Shown here piece by piece: positions 12,643 to 22,735 of a stretch of 64,000 nucleotides of DNA; positions within the stretch are counted from its first letter, which is position 1; every line of letters begins with the position of its first letter. Origin of the DNA: Lama guanicoe (lineage: Eukaryota). Where the stretch lies: NCBI GenBank assembly GCA_013239625.1, contig MU054323.1, positions 3,274,161 to 3,338,160 on the forward strand, in the 5' to 3' direction. Position numbers and translations under genes: made by a program. The notes under the pieces are model-generated. The model saw only the letters and a list, made by a program, of their open reading frames with translations. It had not been told where the DNA came from and did no database searches.

Positions 12643-12673
12643 AAAGGAAGGAAAGAAGGAAAGAAAAGAAAAA
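12371..12673 (+). repeat. GAAA-type purine microsatellites flanking a short young L1 3' end (12451-12560)
   Basis: A/G tracts on both sides; the 110-bp core is nearly identical to 62710-62820. Confidence 0.9.
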
Positions 12674-13067
12674 CCAGCATGTGTTGCAACTTCATGATCA
12701 ACATATGGTAGTGGTTACCGGCAATGCTGTCATATGCTGTGAAGTTCCAAATTTCTCCAGCTCTCTTCCCTCCTTCCCATGTCCCTCTCTCTCTAGTCCC
12801 TTCTCCCACAACCCCTGACTTCCCTGGACTCTAGGCTGAGTTGATTCCCTACTTCCCTATCTCACCCTGACCACCCCACCCCATCCTTTGTCAGATGTTT
12901 TCAAAACAGTGAACAGAACCCCAGCCTTGCTGCCACTCACTTAACCAACCCATGGACACATTGTAAAGCAAATTTTTGGTATTTCCACTGTTTTATTGGC
13001 ATTTCTCTGGGGAGGGAGGGGGAAGGGAATTCTTTAATAGATGTTTTTTCCTTTCCCTTTTTCCCAG

Positions 13068-13185
13068 AAAGCCAACATTTCATGGCTCAGGACCCAGTGA
13101 AGAACCAACTGCTATGTCCTACTAAAATCAGAAGGAAAAAGTTTAAAAAGGCATTTGGCCCACTGGTCTAGCTGTCCTTAAAAAT
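13068..13185 (+). ncRNA. Candidate non-coding internal exon
   Basis: Strong acceptor ttttttcctttccctttttcccAG and donor aat|GTAAGT; 118 nt; stop codons in all three frames. Confidence 0.3.
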
Positions 13186-13793
13186 GTAAGTTTCTTTTTT
13201 CATTGTAATATGTAATTAAAAGCTTGTTTATTTCCTGGACTCTTTGAAGAGGTTTAAGTGCATTTGGTGGATTTTTGAGAAAAGTACAGCTTGTATCTTC
13301 AGTATCTTGCATCATGTTTTCAGCACCCTATTCCAAAAGACAAATAAAACCAAGGCTTCTGAGAGCTTCCAAGATACAACAGTGCCGGTGGCAGCTTTTT
13401 GCTTTGATGTAACTACCACCCTCACATGACAGCATTGTTCTTCGGATGGACAGCCCGATTCCACGCCCTGGCCAGAACCATCCCACTTGAGGCAAAAATA
13501 CATGTCTGCTATACATTCTTGCCTGGTGTGTGGTCAGTGCCCCCAGTCTTCAAACCAGAAGTTATTTACACCAAATGCTTAAGCAAAATGATTACTCAAG
13601 CCCCTCATCCACCTCCATTAGCAGGTACTGTTGGTCCTATCACCAAAATATGTTTACAAGTGGCCCTTTCTCCCTATCTCCATGGCCATCACTCTAATCT
13701 TCTGTTGCCTCGAACATGCAGGGGTTTCCCTGACTCTCTGCCTTCACTCATGGCAGAAATTTTTACTGAAAAGTTCTCTCTCATACTTTCACC

Positions 13794-13898
<105 letters not shown>

Positions 13899-14582
13899 AG
13901 TCTCTATTTTTCCTTTCTTTGCTTCACTCCTCTGCCTGCCACTTCATTTTTCAAGCAGACCTTATAATTCCATGGTCCTGGAATTACAGGATGGCTGTAA
14001 AACAGCCTAACAATTTCTCTGTATTTGTGGGAGCCAGAAACAGAAATGCCATTTCACTAGAGGTCCTGGAGGGTGTGGGAAGAGTGTGTCTGGATCCAGC
14101 ACCAGAGTCAGAGATGAGATATTCCCAGGCTGGGAAGGGAGAAAGTCCTGTGGCACCTGAGAGCAGTGAGAAGCCCAGCCAAGGCTCCAGGGAAGGAGTC
14201 ACCAGGTCAGATAACATGGCAGCCTTGGGGTAGCAAGGAGGACTTTCAGGGCAGAGAATCATTGAAGGGACTACCCTCATCTTGAACACTCAGGTCCTAT
14301 GGAAATTAAATCTATGTTAATCATTTTCTTATCACTCAGATCAGCAATGACCTGGCTTATTGAACCATTATAAACTCATTTTCTTAAGGACCTTCTGAGA
14401 ATGTGACATTTCTTCATCCTTCCTCCTCCTAGAGCAACAAAAGCTTAATTCATCTTGGATTAGCTCTGTTTTTTCTCAACTGGCTTCTTTTCTTTCTGCA
14501 GCAATTTTTGCCACCTATGCACTCAGAAACAGAGGACTTGCATGTGTGTTAGGTCTCAATCCTATACCTGGTGAGCATTCTC

Positions 14583-14750
14583 TTTTTTTAGTTGGAGTAT
14601 AGTTAATTTACAATGTTGTGTTAGCTTCTGGTGTATAGCATAGTGATTCAGCTATACATATATATTCTTTTTCATATTCCTTTTAATTATAGGTTATTAC
14701 AAGGTATTGAATGTAGCTCCCTGTGCTACATGGTAGAACCTTGTTTTTTT
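14583..14750 (-). mobile_element. Short LINE-1 3' end
   Basis: T tail + gttggagtatagttaatttacaatgttgtgttagcttctggtgtatagcatagtgattcag; same type as 2696-3185. Confidence 0.88.
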
Positions 14751-16489
14751 GAAGCTCGTTCTTAATTGATTAGGCAGAATCTCCTGTGTACAAAAGTTTA
14801 GGTGTCTGCAAGAAGGTCTGACTCCTACTCTGTGGCCATACTCCAGGGAGGAGGGGGTGTTAAAGGGGCAACACTTAGAATGTGTGGAGGGGGCGCTATT
14901 ACACTGTTATATGCCTGCTATATTCCCTTACAAATCATCCCAGCCTCATGTAGCCCAATGTGATTAGGGGACAGTCACGTTCCTCATCCCATTTCCCTTG
15001 TGACTAGTCTCAGCTCATCACTGTAGCCCCTTAAATCACCTATCTACCGCCAAGACACTGGTGCACAGGGTAAGTCTTAGAGAGGACCTCCTGGGGAAGA
15101 AATGTTATTCTGCACTCACTCAGAAATGCCTGCTCTAAATCTGTTCTTCCCCCAAGTTCTTCTCCCTAGAGCAGCTCCTCCTTCCTTCTCTCTCTGCTTC
15201 CCAAATCTCCTCTTTTTCCTCTCAAACCAAACAGTTCCAGCAAGCACCCTCCCCAGTTCCTCCCTCTCCAAATCTGGGGTGCCTGTGTCCTCAAATGCAG
15301 AGCCAAATCAAGAAGTTCATCTATTGTTTTGCCAAACACAGTCCTGGGGGACCACCACTCCCTTCTAGCCTTGTGGCTCCTTCAGGGTTGCAGCACTAGG
15401 GCTCAGCCAGACTCCTGTCCTTACCAAGCTTCCTTATAGGGCCATGCTCTCCCCATCCATTATTGTGTTCAGGGCTTCTTGGATGAGGAGCCTGAGGGAT
15501 GGACAGCTGAAGTCAACTGCTGAGGGTTACCCAGAAACAAGCAGTGGAGTGTGGATTTCAGCTGAGGTCTCCTGACTTGAGGTCAAGCATTTTCTCCTCT
15601 TATTAATCTAAGCAAAGGAAATGCCTGTAAAGTGAGCTCATTTTCCAACCACCGAAAACCCTAGGATGTTCCTGGTTCCCACTGGTCTTCAGGAAAGGCA
15701 AATGAAACTGTCTGGGTGAATTTCTTGGCCTTGATCCCGGGCAAATTAAAGTTGAGGCATGTTTTGTCATACATACTTGTGAACATCTAGAAAATGTTGA
15801 CTTGCCTGATCCAAGTCCTGCCTGGGAGGACAGGGATCAGCAGGTAAACCAGTAACTAACACAATGTGAGATGTCCCCAGACTCTGAGGGGACACAGTCC
15901 ATAATTAATTCTGGGGAAGGAGGGCTCACAGAAGAGGTGACATTCGAGAACTGAGCTGGACCTTGCATGAGTCTGTCAGGTGGAAAGAGAGCCAGCTCTC
16001 AGCTTCCAGTTTGCAGGCGCCCAAGGTGTAAAGTTCCCTTGGTTGTTCTGGAGCCCCGTGTAGCCCAGCCTCTGCCACATGTGACCCACATTTGACCCCA
16101 GGGCTATTCTGTTCATGCTTTTGAGATCATGGTAGTGATGGTGATGGTAAAGGAGATGCCATATCTTCCCAGGGTCCTGGGATAGATCCAGTGGGTTTGT
16201 CTCTTAGAAAGGTTATGATGATTCTGCCAAGGGATCCACTGACTAGAAAGGTCTTAGGATTAGAGGGAAGGTGACCTCGGTGGCAGACAGGTCCAGAGGC
16301 AGGAGCTTCCAAACCTTCTCAGGTCATCAGGCTTCAGAGGTCCTGGAGGGAAGGGCATCTGAGAAATGCAACAGGTAGCATCAACATTGCCCTTCAGCTG
16401 AGACCCAGTCTTTAGCCCAGGGGTTTTCCAGAACCATTGTAGAGGCCCTGGGGTGTCCAGGGTGTTAGAAGGGCAGCGAGGACCTCTCT

Positions 16490-16884
16490 GAGGTGGTCTT
16501 CCTGGCAGGACTCACAAAGGTTTAACTGAAAGGAATTAAAGGACTGGTCAAAGGCATGGACACAGTTAAGGGAGCCAAAGGGATGTCAAAGCCCCTAGGA
16601 CCAGATTCTGAGGAAGCGTGAACAGTTCTAGGCTGAAGGGACCAGGGGAGGGAACTGTGTCACCTGCGAGGGGGCTATTTGTGTGTGGGAGGTGTGTGTG
16701 TGTGTGTACAGATGGGGATGAACACCTAGTCCTTTCTCTCCCGCTGCCTTGCCATCTTCTACTGGTACCTCCCCTTGGCCAAACCCAAGCAGAAGCCAGG
16801 AAGCAGGGGCACACGGGTGATGCAGTCCCTATCTGTCAGCCCCCCAGGGCAGATCACGGCAAAGAAGGGGTGGCAGATGGAATA
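16490..16884 (-). mobile_element. LTR33-like ERVL LTR, interrupted near its end by an ERV1 LTR
   Basis: gttaagggagccaaagggatg...ggccaaacccaagcagaagccaggaagcaggggcacacgggtgatgcagtcc resembles the recalled LTR33 consensus. Confidence 0.6.
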
Positions 16885-17255
16885 TGTAAAAAATTAATAA
16901 ACAGAAACCTCAATTAAATAGAGTCAAGAGACCAAAAGAGGGGAGGGGATGGGGTAGGGGTGTTGCGGGCCGTGCTCTCACGCCCTGTCACAATAGCAGA
17001 GCCTAACAGGAGGAAGAAAGACTCCTCTTTGTTTCTGGCAAGGACCCAGCCAATGAAAAGCCATTGACTCTGCTTACTAGAGGCCTCCTGACTTCCTTTC
17101 CTCTCTATAAAAGCATTTTCCTTTCCTTGCTGTGTGGGCACTTGCACATGGCTCACCAGGGTTGCAGACCCCAAATTGCAATTCTCTGCTGATCTTGAAT
17201 AAGCCTGTTTTTTTGATGGAGAAATATACAGCAGTCTATTTATTTCAGGTCAACA
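16885..17255 (+). mobile_element. ERV1-type solo LTR
   Basis: TGT...AACA termini; 4-bp flanks aata/aaca; CCAAT 17050, TATAAAA 17106, degenerate poly(A) signal AATAAG 17198. Confidence 0.85.
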
Positions 17256-19755
17256 AACACGCAAGAGAATAGGGGCAGGAGGGAAGCAGCCACTGTTGAG
17301 AGAGAGAGAGAGCTCAGAAACCGGCAGGAGGGACAAGACTGCGTGATCTCCAAGGGCCTTCCTGAAACAAGGCCAGGAGGCTGTGCCAGGGTCCTTGCCG
17401 TCCTTTGAGAAAGGTTGAAACACGTCTCTCAGAGATCCCACCAGACACTTAAATGAGTTCAGGATGACGCACTTCAGGGAGAGGGTGGGGTGTGGGGGGC
17501 TCTTTCAGCTGTGGTCAGTGGGAGCCCCTCCAGCCCTCCAGCCCTCCTGCAGGCCAACAGCCTGTGGCCACTCCGAGCTCAGGTCCTCTGGCCCCTGACA
17601 TGGGGCCACAGAGAGATGGCTTGTTGCTAAAATGACCAGAGAGAACTCAGAAGATCTCTATGCCATGGCTCAAGTCCACTTGACAACAGATGTAAAAGTA
17701 TGCTGCCCTGGACGCCAGCCTCAGACATGTCCTCAAAACACCCTTGGTCCCTCTGGTGGCCTCAGTGACTCTGTAATTCTTGACTTTATTGAAACACTTT
17801 CTCTATTTGCTGCAAGGTCCCAAGTTGAGCCACATCACAACTCAGACTTGCAGAGAAAACAGCTTTTTAATTGTTGTATAAGGTAGATCCAATCTGCCCA
17901 ATAAGCTACCAACCACAAAGGAGAAAGAAAAGCAAAACGCCTTTTGTCCGTTCCAGAGACTTCATCAGATGCCTTCATTTAAATGATTCCTCTGGATGAT
18001 GTCACTTGGACAGCTTAGCTCAGCTTTCTATCCCCTCCTCCCTCCTCTCTGCAGAAGGGCACCCGGGATATGGACTGGGTAGGTCTCTGGCCTGCGTCCC
18101 CCTGGCAGACAGACAGGCCTTCCGACCTACCCGGTGGTTCCGATCTCCCTGGCCTCCACTGGCTTACCTCTGTCCTGGTCTGACCTGGCTCCAAGCACTG
18201 AATTTAGTGAGATGTGGGCATGCGGAGGTCTGAGTCCAGGAGGCGTCTGGTCTTGTGTGGTCAGGTGTTGCTAACTGTGTTTATTTGGCAAAGCCCAGAT
18301 GAAGCCTGTGCTGGGTGGTCTGTGATGGAGCCCACACCCAGCCTGACGTCAAACCAGCAGTCAGCTGGCCCCAGCAGTAGATCCTGGGTCCTCAGAAGCC
18401 CCACTGTCACCTGGGAGTAGAGGCGTCTGAGCTGTACTCCCTAAAAGGTCCCCTTCACCCCTGCCCCTTTGATAATCCACCTTGAAACTCCTGGGCTTCT
18501 GGCCCGGGGCATCCCAGAGCTGGTGAGTGCGCTGTGGCCCAGGGGAGACCAACCAGGATCAGGCTGGTTTTGCCAAGTTGTGGCCCTGGAGGAGAAATCC
18601 TGGCTCTCCCAAGGGACGGAAGGCGCCAGAGGGCTGCGGGAGGGCTTGCCTGCTCTCCGGCAGGAGGTCTCTCGCCCCAGGAATGCCCTGCCGCTGCCCC
18701 ACCTCCCAGTACTAGACCTCGTAGCAAACAGACAAAGCTTATACTCAACGTGTCAGCAAAGCTGGATCACAGGCACAGGAAAGATGGGGGGGGTGCTGGA
18801 GAGCTGGAAAAGCCATCCAAGGGCTCGTGCTAACTCTGTTGTTCCTCACACAGGATTCAGGGCCTCGGAAGGCCTGGATTGGGTCCCTCGTAATGAGCTC
18901 TCCCGTCCCAGAAGCTTAACTCAGAGAGAGCATTCTCTTGCTGATTCTGCAACTGTTGTCAGACGGCGAACGCAGTTTACCTCACTCTCCGTTGACATTC
19001 CTGAGCCTTGCCCTCTGCCAGGCCCTGGGTAGATGCTGAGAAGACATGGTTCCTGGCCTCGAGGGCTCACAGTCTCACGGAGGAGACAGACATATACAAT
19101 GAATGATATCTACAAATAATTTCTATTTTTGAAACACCTTCTATGTGCCAAAATTTTTACATATGTATTCTTCCTGACACCCCTGGGGGTGGGCATGTCT
19201 CCAGGTTACAGATGGGGAAACTGAAACTCAGAGTGGTCAGGGCCACCCATCCAGTAAGAGGCAAAGCAAGATTCACATCTATGGCTCCCAGGCTGTTCCA
19301 CTGCCCTGGCCGCCTCCAGCCATGATGCCCTGAGTATCACAAGGGTCTCCTCCCAGATGGCCCAGCCTGTCAGGGAGGCTGAGTCTGTTCAGCTGTCGTT
19401 CTCAGGCACAGACCAAATGCACCCTGCATTGGTGCAGATAACCTGGCTTCTTGTTCACATGAGGGCCCCTCAGGGTCTCTGTGCATCAGGCACTGCGGGA
19501 GGCAGTGACAGAAGAAGGGACTGTGTGCTGGCCGCTGACCTGGGCTGGGGTGGGGGGAATCAGGCTTGGCAAACCTCACCCTCCCTGAGGGGCAGGGCCT
19601 GCTGCTTCTGCAACCCCAAGAAACTCAATGGAAAGAGGACAGCTTGTGTGTTGGTCAGAAACAGCAGGAAATGGAACGCCCTGTCCAAGGGTTTCCCTCC
19701 AACAGAGAAGAAAGGTCCAGTACAGCCTGTGGGCAGGATTGGGGGAGATTCCAAT

Positions 19756-20545
19756 GGTGTTGCCAGATTTAGTACATAAAAATACAGGATGCGCAGTTAA
19801 ATTTGAACTTCATCTAAACAACAATTTTTTTTAGGATAATTACTTATAGCTATTATATTGGGGACATACACAAAAAGAATTATTTATTATGTAGGCAGAT
19901 AGGGCAGAGGGTCCCCAGAGAAAGAGAACTAGACATGGCTTTCTTGACATAAGAGAAGCCATTTTTAGCCCAAGTCTTTTTGAGATCTAAGCCTGGCCAC
20001 AATGCTTGTCCCTGAACACGTCTCAGGAATAATGTTCTTTTGAGAAGAAAAGGACAAAGAGAAGTGACAATAGCAAAGACAACAAATCCCTTGTAAAGAC
20101 TCCCAGTTCTATTTCATTGGTCACGGCTAGTCTAAAGCACTGTCTTGAGCTTTTTGGGGAATTTAAATCCTGCCTCAGGGTCTCAACCACCAGATCAACT
20201 GGAATCTAAGAGATGATGATGTTGACCTTTTCTGACCCTCATGACTTCACTCAGCTAAAGTTTGGGCTCCGCCTACCATCCAAATCCCTTCATGAATATA
20301 CATGTACCCATGGCTTAAAATTTCCCCAGTTTTGCTGTTCAGGGAAACACTGCTTTGGGAAAGCTCCCTGGTGTTCTCCTTACTTACTGCAAGTAATAAA
20401 TCCTTCCTTCTCCTGCTCTTTGGTTTGGTTGTGTCTTTTGGTTCGACACCCACCAAGAGGTGAACCACAGTTTTCAGGTAACATTTATTTCTTTGAAATG
20501 CAAATCTAACAGGGCATCCTGTATTTTTTTTCCTTCTAGCAATGC
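19756..20545. mobile_element. MER53-like palindromic hAT element split by an LTR
   Basis: Left arm ttgccagatttagtacataaaaatacaggatgcgcagttaaatttgaa; right arm tgaaatgcaaatctaacagggcatcctgtattttt, its reverse complement. Confidence 0.8.
19890..20483 (+). mobile_element. ERV1-type solo LTR (same family as 51643-52245)
   Basis: TGTAGG...GTAACA termini; flanks atta/ttta; AATAAA 20395-20400; ends align with the reverse complement of 51643-52245. Confidence 0.9.
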
Positions 20546-20599
20546 AAAGTTAAGGACATCCAAGGACTAGCTACAGCAGACAGCTGGGCCACGAGGGTG

Positions 20600-20870
20600 A
20601 TGGGAGGGAAACCCCCCCCCCCCAAGCAACCTGGTGGAGCAACATGGGCAGAGGAACCCAGCCAACCCAGAGCCAGAGCTCAGCCAGGCGAGGAGGGAAT
20701 GGGCAGAGGGGGTGGTGAGGGAAGGAGTAAATCCCCACACTTTTTTTCTCTCCTCCTCTGATCTCCAGCTGTACCTCCTTTAGCGAGGGAGTCCCTTGAT
20801 GCCATCCTCCGGGGTTCCTTAGCCCGGAGCAGGGAAGAGAATGGATCTGCAGAGAGAAACAAAACATCTA
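20600..20870 (-). mobile_element. LTR33-like ERVL LTR fragment
   Basis: Minus strand tgttttgtttctctctgcagatccattctc...ggagatcagaggaggagag...ggctgggttcctctgccc. Confidence 0.55.
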
Positions 20871-22251
20871 ACCCAGCTCATATGCAGGGGCCTATTCTCT
20901 CCTTACTGCGTCCTCAGTGGTTTGGACTACCTCCCTCCTCTAGGACCTACAATGGCTCCCACTGCCTAAAGCACCAAGTCCAATCTTTCCAGCACTTAAG
21001 CAGTCTTTCCCCTTTAGTCCCCTAACATAGAGCTAATACTCTGAGCAGGCAGCACTCCAGGGTGAAGCAACACCTCACTATGGCTCCGTCCAGCCCCAGG
21101 GCCTTTGCTTCTGCTCTTCCCTTGGGCAGTCTTGGAATTCAGAGCTGGGAGGGCTCTCAGGGGACTCTGTTCTCACTCCCTTAAGGGGCCAGACTGGAAA
21201 CTTCAGGCTTGGCAAGGGTAAAGATTGCACTTAAAGCTACTTCTTTTCCAGTCAACTAATTCCACCCTCCCTAACCTCCTCCCCCACCCCACCATGCCAC
21301 TCTGTGCCTTTAAGGTCCAACCAGTCTCTTCCAGGAAGCCATCCAGGCCTGCAGGGCCTGCACTTGGACGGGTAGCTGTGGCTCTCTCCCTGTCATCGCA
21401 GACTGCTCTGTCCTACCTCCTGCCTGGCTCTGTGGCCCTTTCCCCTGACCAGAGTATGAGTTTCTTTTTCTAAGCTTTTCCTTCAGCACAGTGCTGGGAA
21501 TGTAAACGCAATAATTTTCTTTTTAAATTACATCCTTTGATTATAGTTCAAAAATTTAATCATAGCTATCAAATAACTAAAGATCTGCCTAATTTGGTAC
21601 TTGTGGTATAAAGGGAAAAAAAAAACAGACTTTGGAATCAAATAACCTGGGTTTATTTACTTTTTTTTTTCAATAAATCTTTGCTGAATTTACTCTGGAA
21701 GAAATTTTTGCAGCTGGCAGTGTCACACAGGATCGGGGATCCAGTGTCCTGTCTGGGTAGAATGAGGACCTCTTCTCTGAGGACATGATAGCATTTGAAC
21801 AAGATTAACTTTCCAACATAAAGTTTAATTTTTTAAATTAAAACCAAGCTTACCAAATATAGTTTTCATGTTTTTTTTTTCTTACAAGGACTTGTTGATT
21901 CAAAGGATTTATGGTGCTTTTTCCATGGGAGAAAGAATTTTCTCTAGCTTTTATTGTTCTTTTTTTTTTTTTTTAGCTTCTACTGTTCTTGAGTTTCAAG
22001 GAGTCTATGAACTCTTTTAAATAGTATAGAGAATGTCATGTGCTCGGTGTTCACTGCAGCCCCCTCGGTCTCTTCCTTTTGCTCATCTTGGACACTCCCC
22101 ACCGCCCCCCCCCGGGAACCCGCCCCACTTAGGGTGGCCAGCTGTCACCACACACATGCCAGAGCACTGGCCTGGGGAGGAGTTAAATGCACATTGTTTA
22201 CTGACAATACATACTTACACACATCAACTGTTCATTTGTGCTTGCTGATAG

Positions 22252-22735
22252 TGTAACTGATCAGGACCTTATGGGGCCTTCCTGGGATAAACCCTTCCCC
22301 CGTACCCTCTGCTTTACCTCCTATCTGAAGTACCCAGATAACAGTATGGGATGCACATTTCCTGAGTTGTTTTATAGACGTTAAACCCCCACCAAATGGA
22401 AGCTGTTAACCACCCGATGATTCCGTTGTCCCCAGACCTACTGGAGCCTGAGGATTGATCATGTTAACCCCTGTGACCCCGCCCTGTTACCTCACCATCA
22501 ACCAATCAAAACATTGTGCACAAACTGATCCCATAATTCCATGACTCCCCTCCACCTGGCCTTTAAAAGGCCTCCCTCAACCACTGGGCGTTTGGGTGTT
22601 TTGAGCACTGGCTATACCTGGACTCCTTGCTGGGTGCCCTGCAGTCAATGCCGCCCTTTCCTTCACCACAACCTGGTGTCAGGAGATTGGGTCCACTGCC
22701 TGCGGGCGAGCGGACCCCGGTTTGGTTCGGTAACA
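22252..22735 (+). mobile_element. ERV1-type solo LTR
   Basis: TGTAAC...GTAACA termini; perfect 4-bp TSD ATAG (22248-22251 / 22736-22739); CCAAT at 22502. Confidence 0.92.

Noticed and set aside
18469..19032. 187-aa ORF
   Set aside because: No ATG start and no recognisable domain; it reads through the putative intron.
20775..20846. Minus-strand 72-nt exon-like segment with a strong acceptor
   Set aside because: It lies in an LTR33-like element, and the donor (GTACAG) is weak.
16885..22735. Possible provirus between co-oriented LTRs
   Set aside because: The LTRs differ in sequence and each has its own flanks; no primer-binding site or gag/pol/env remnant is visible.
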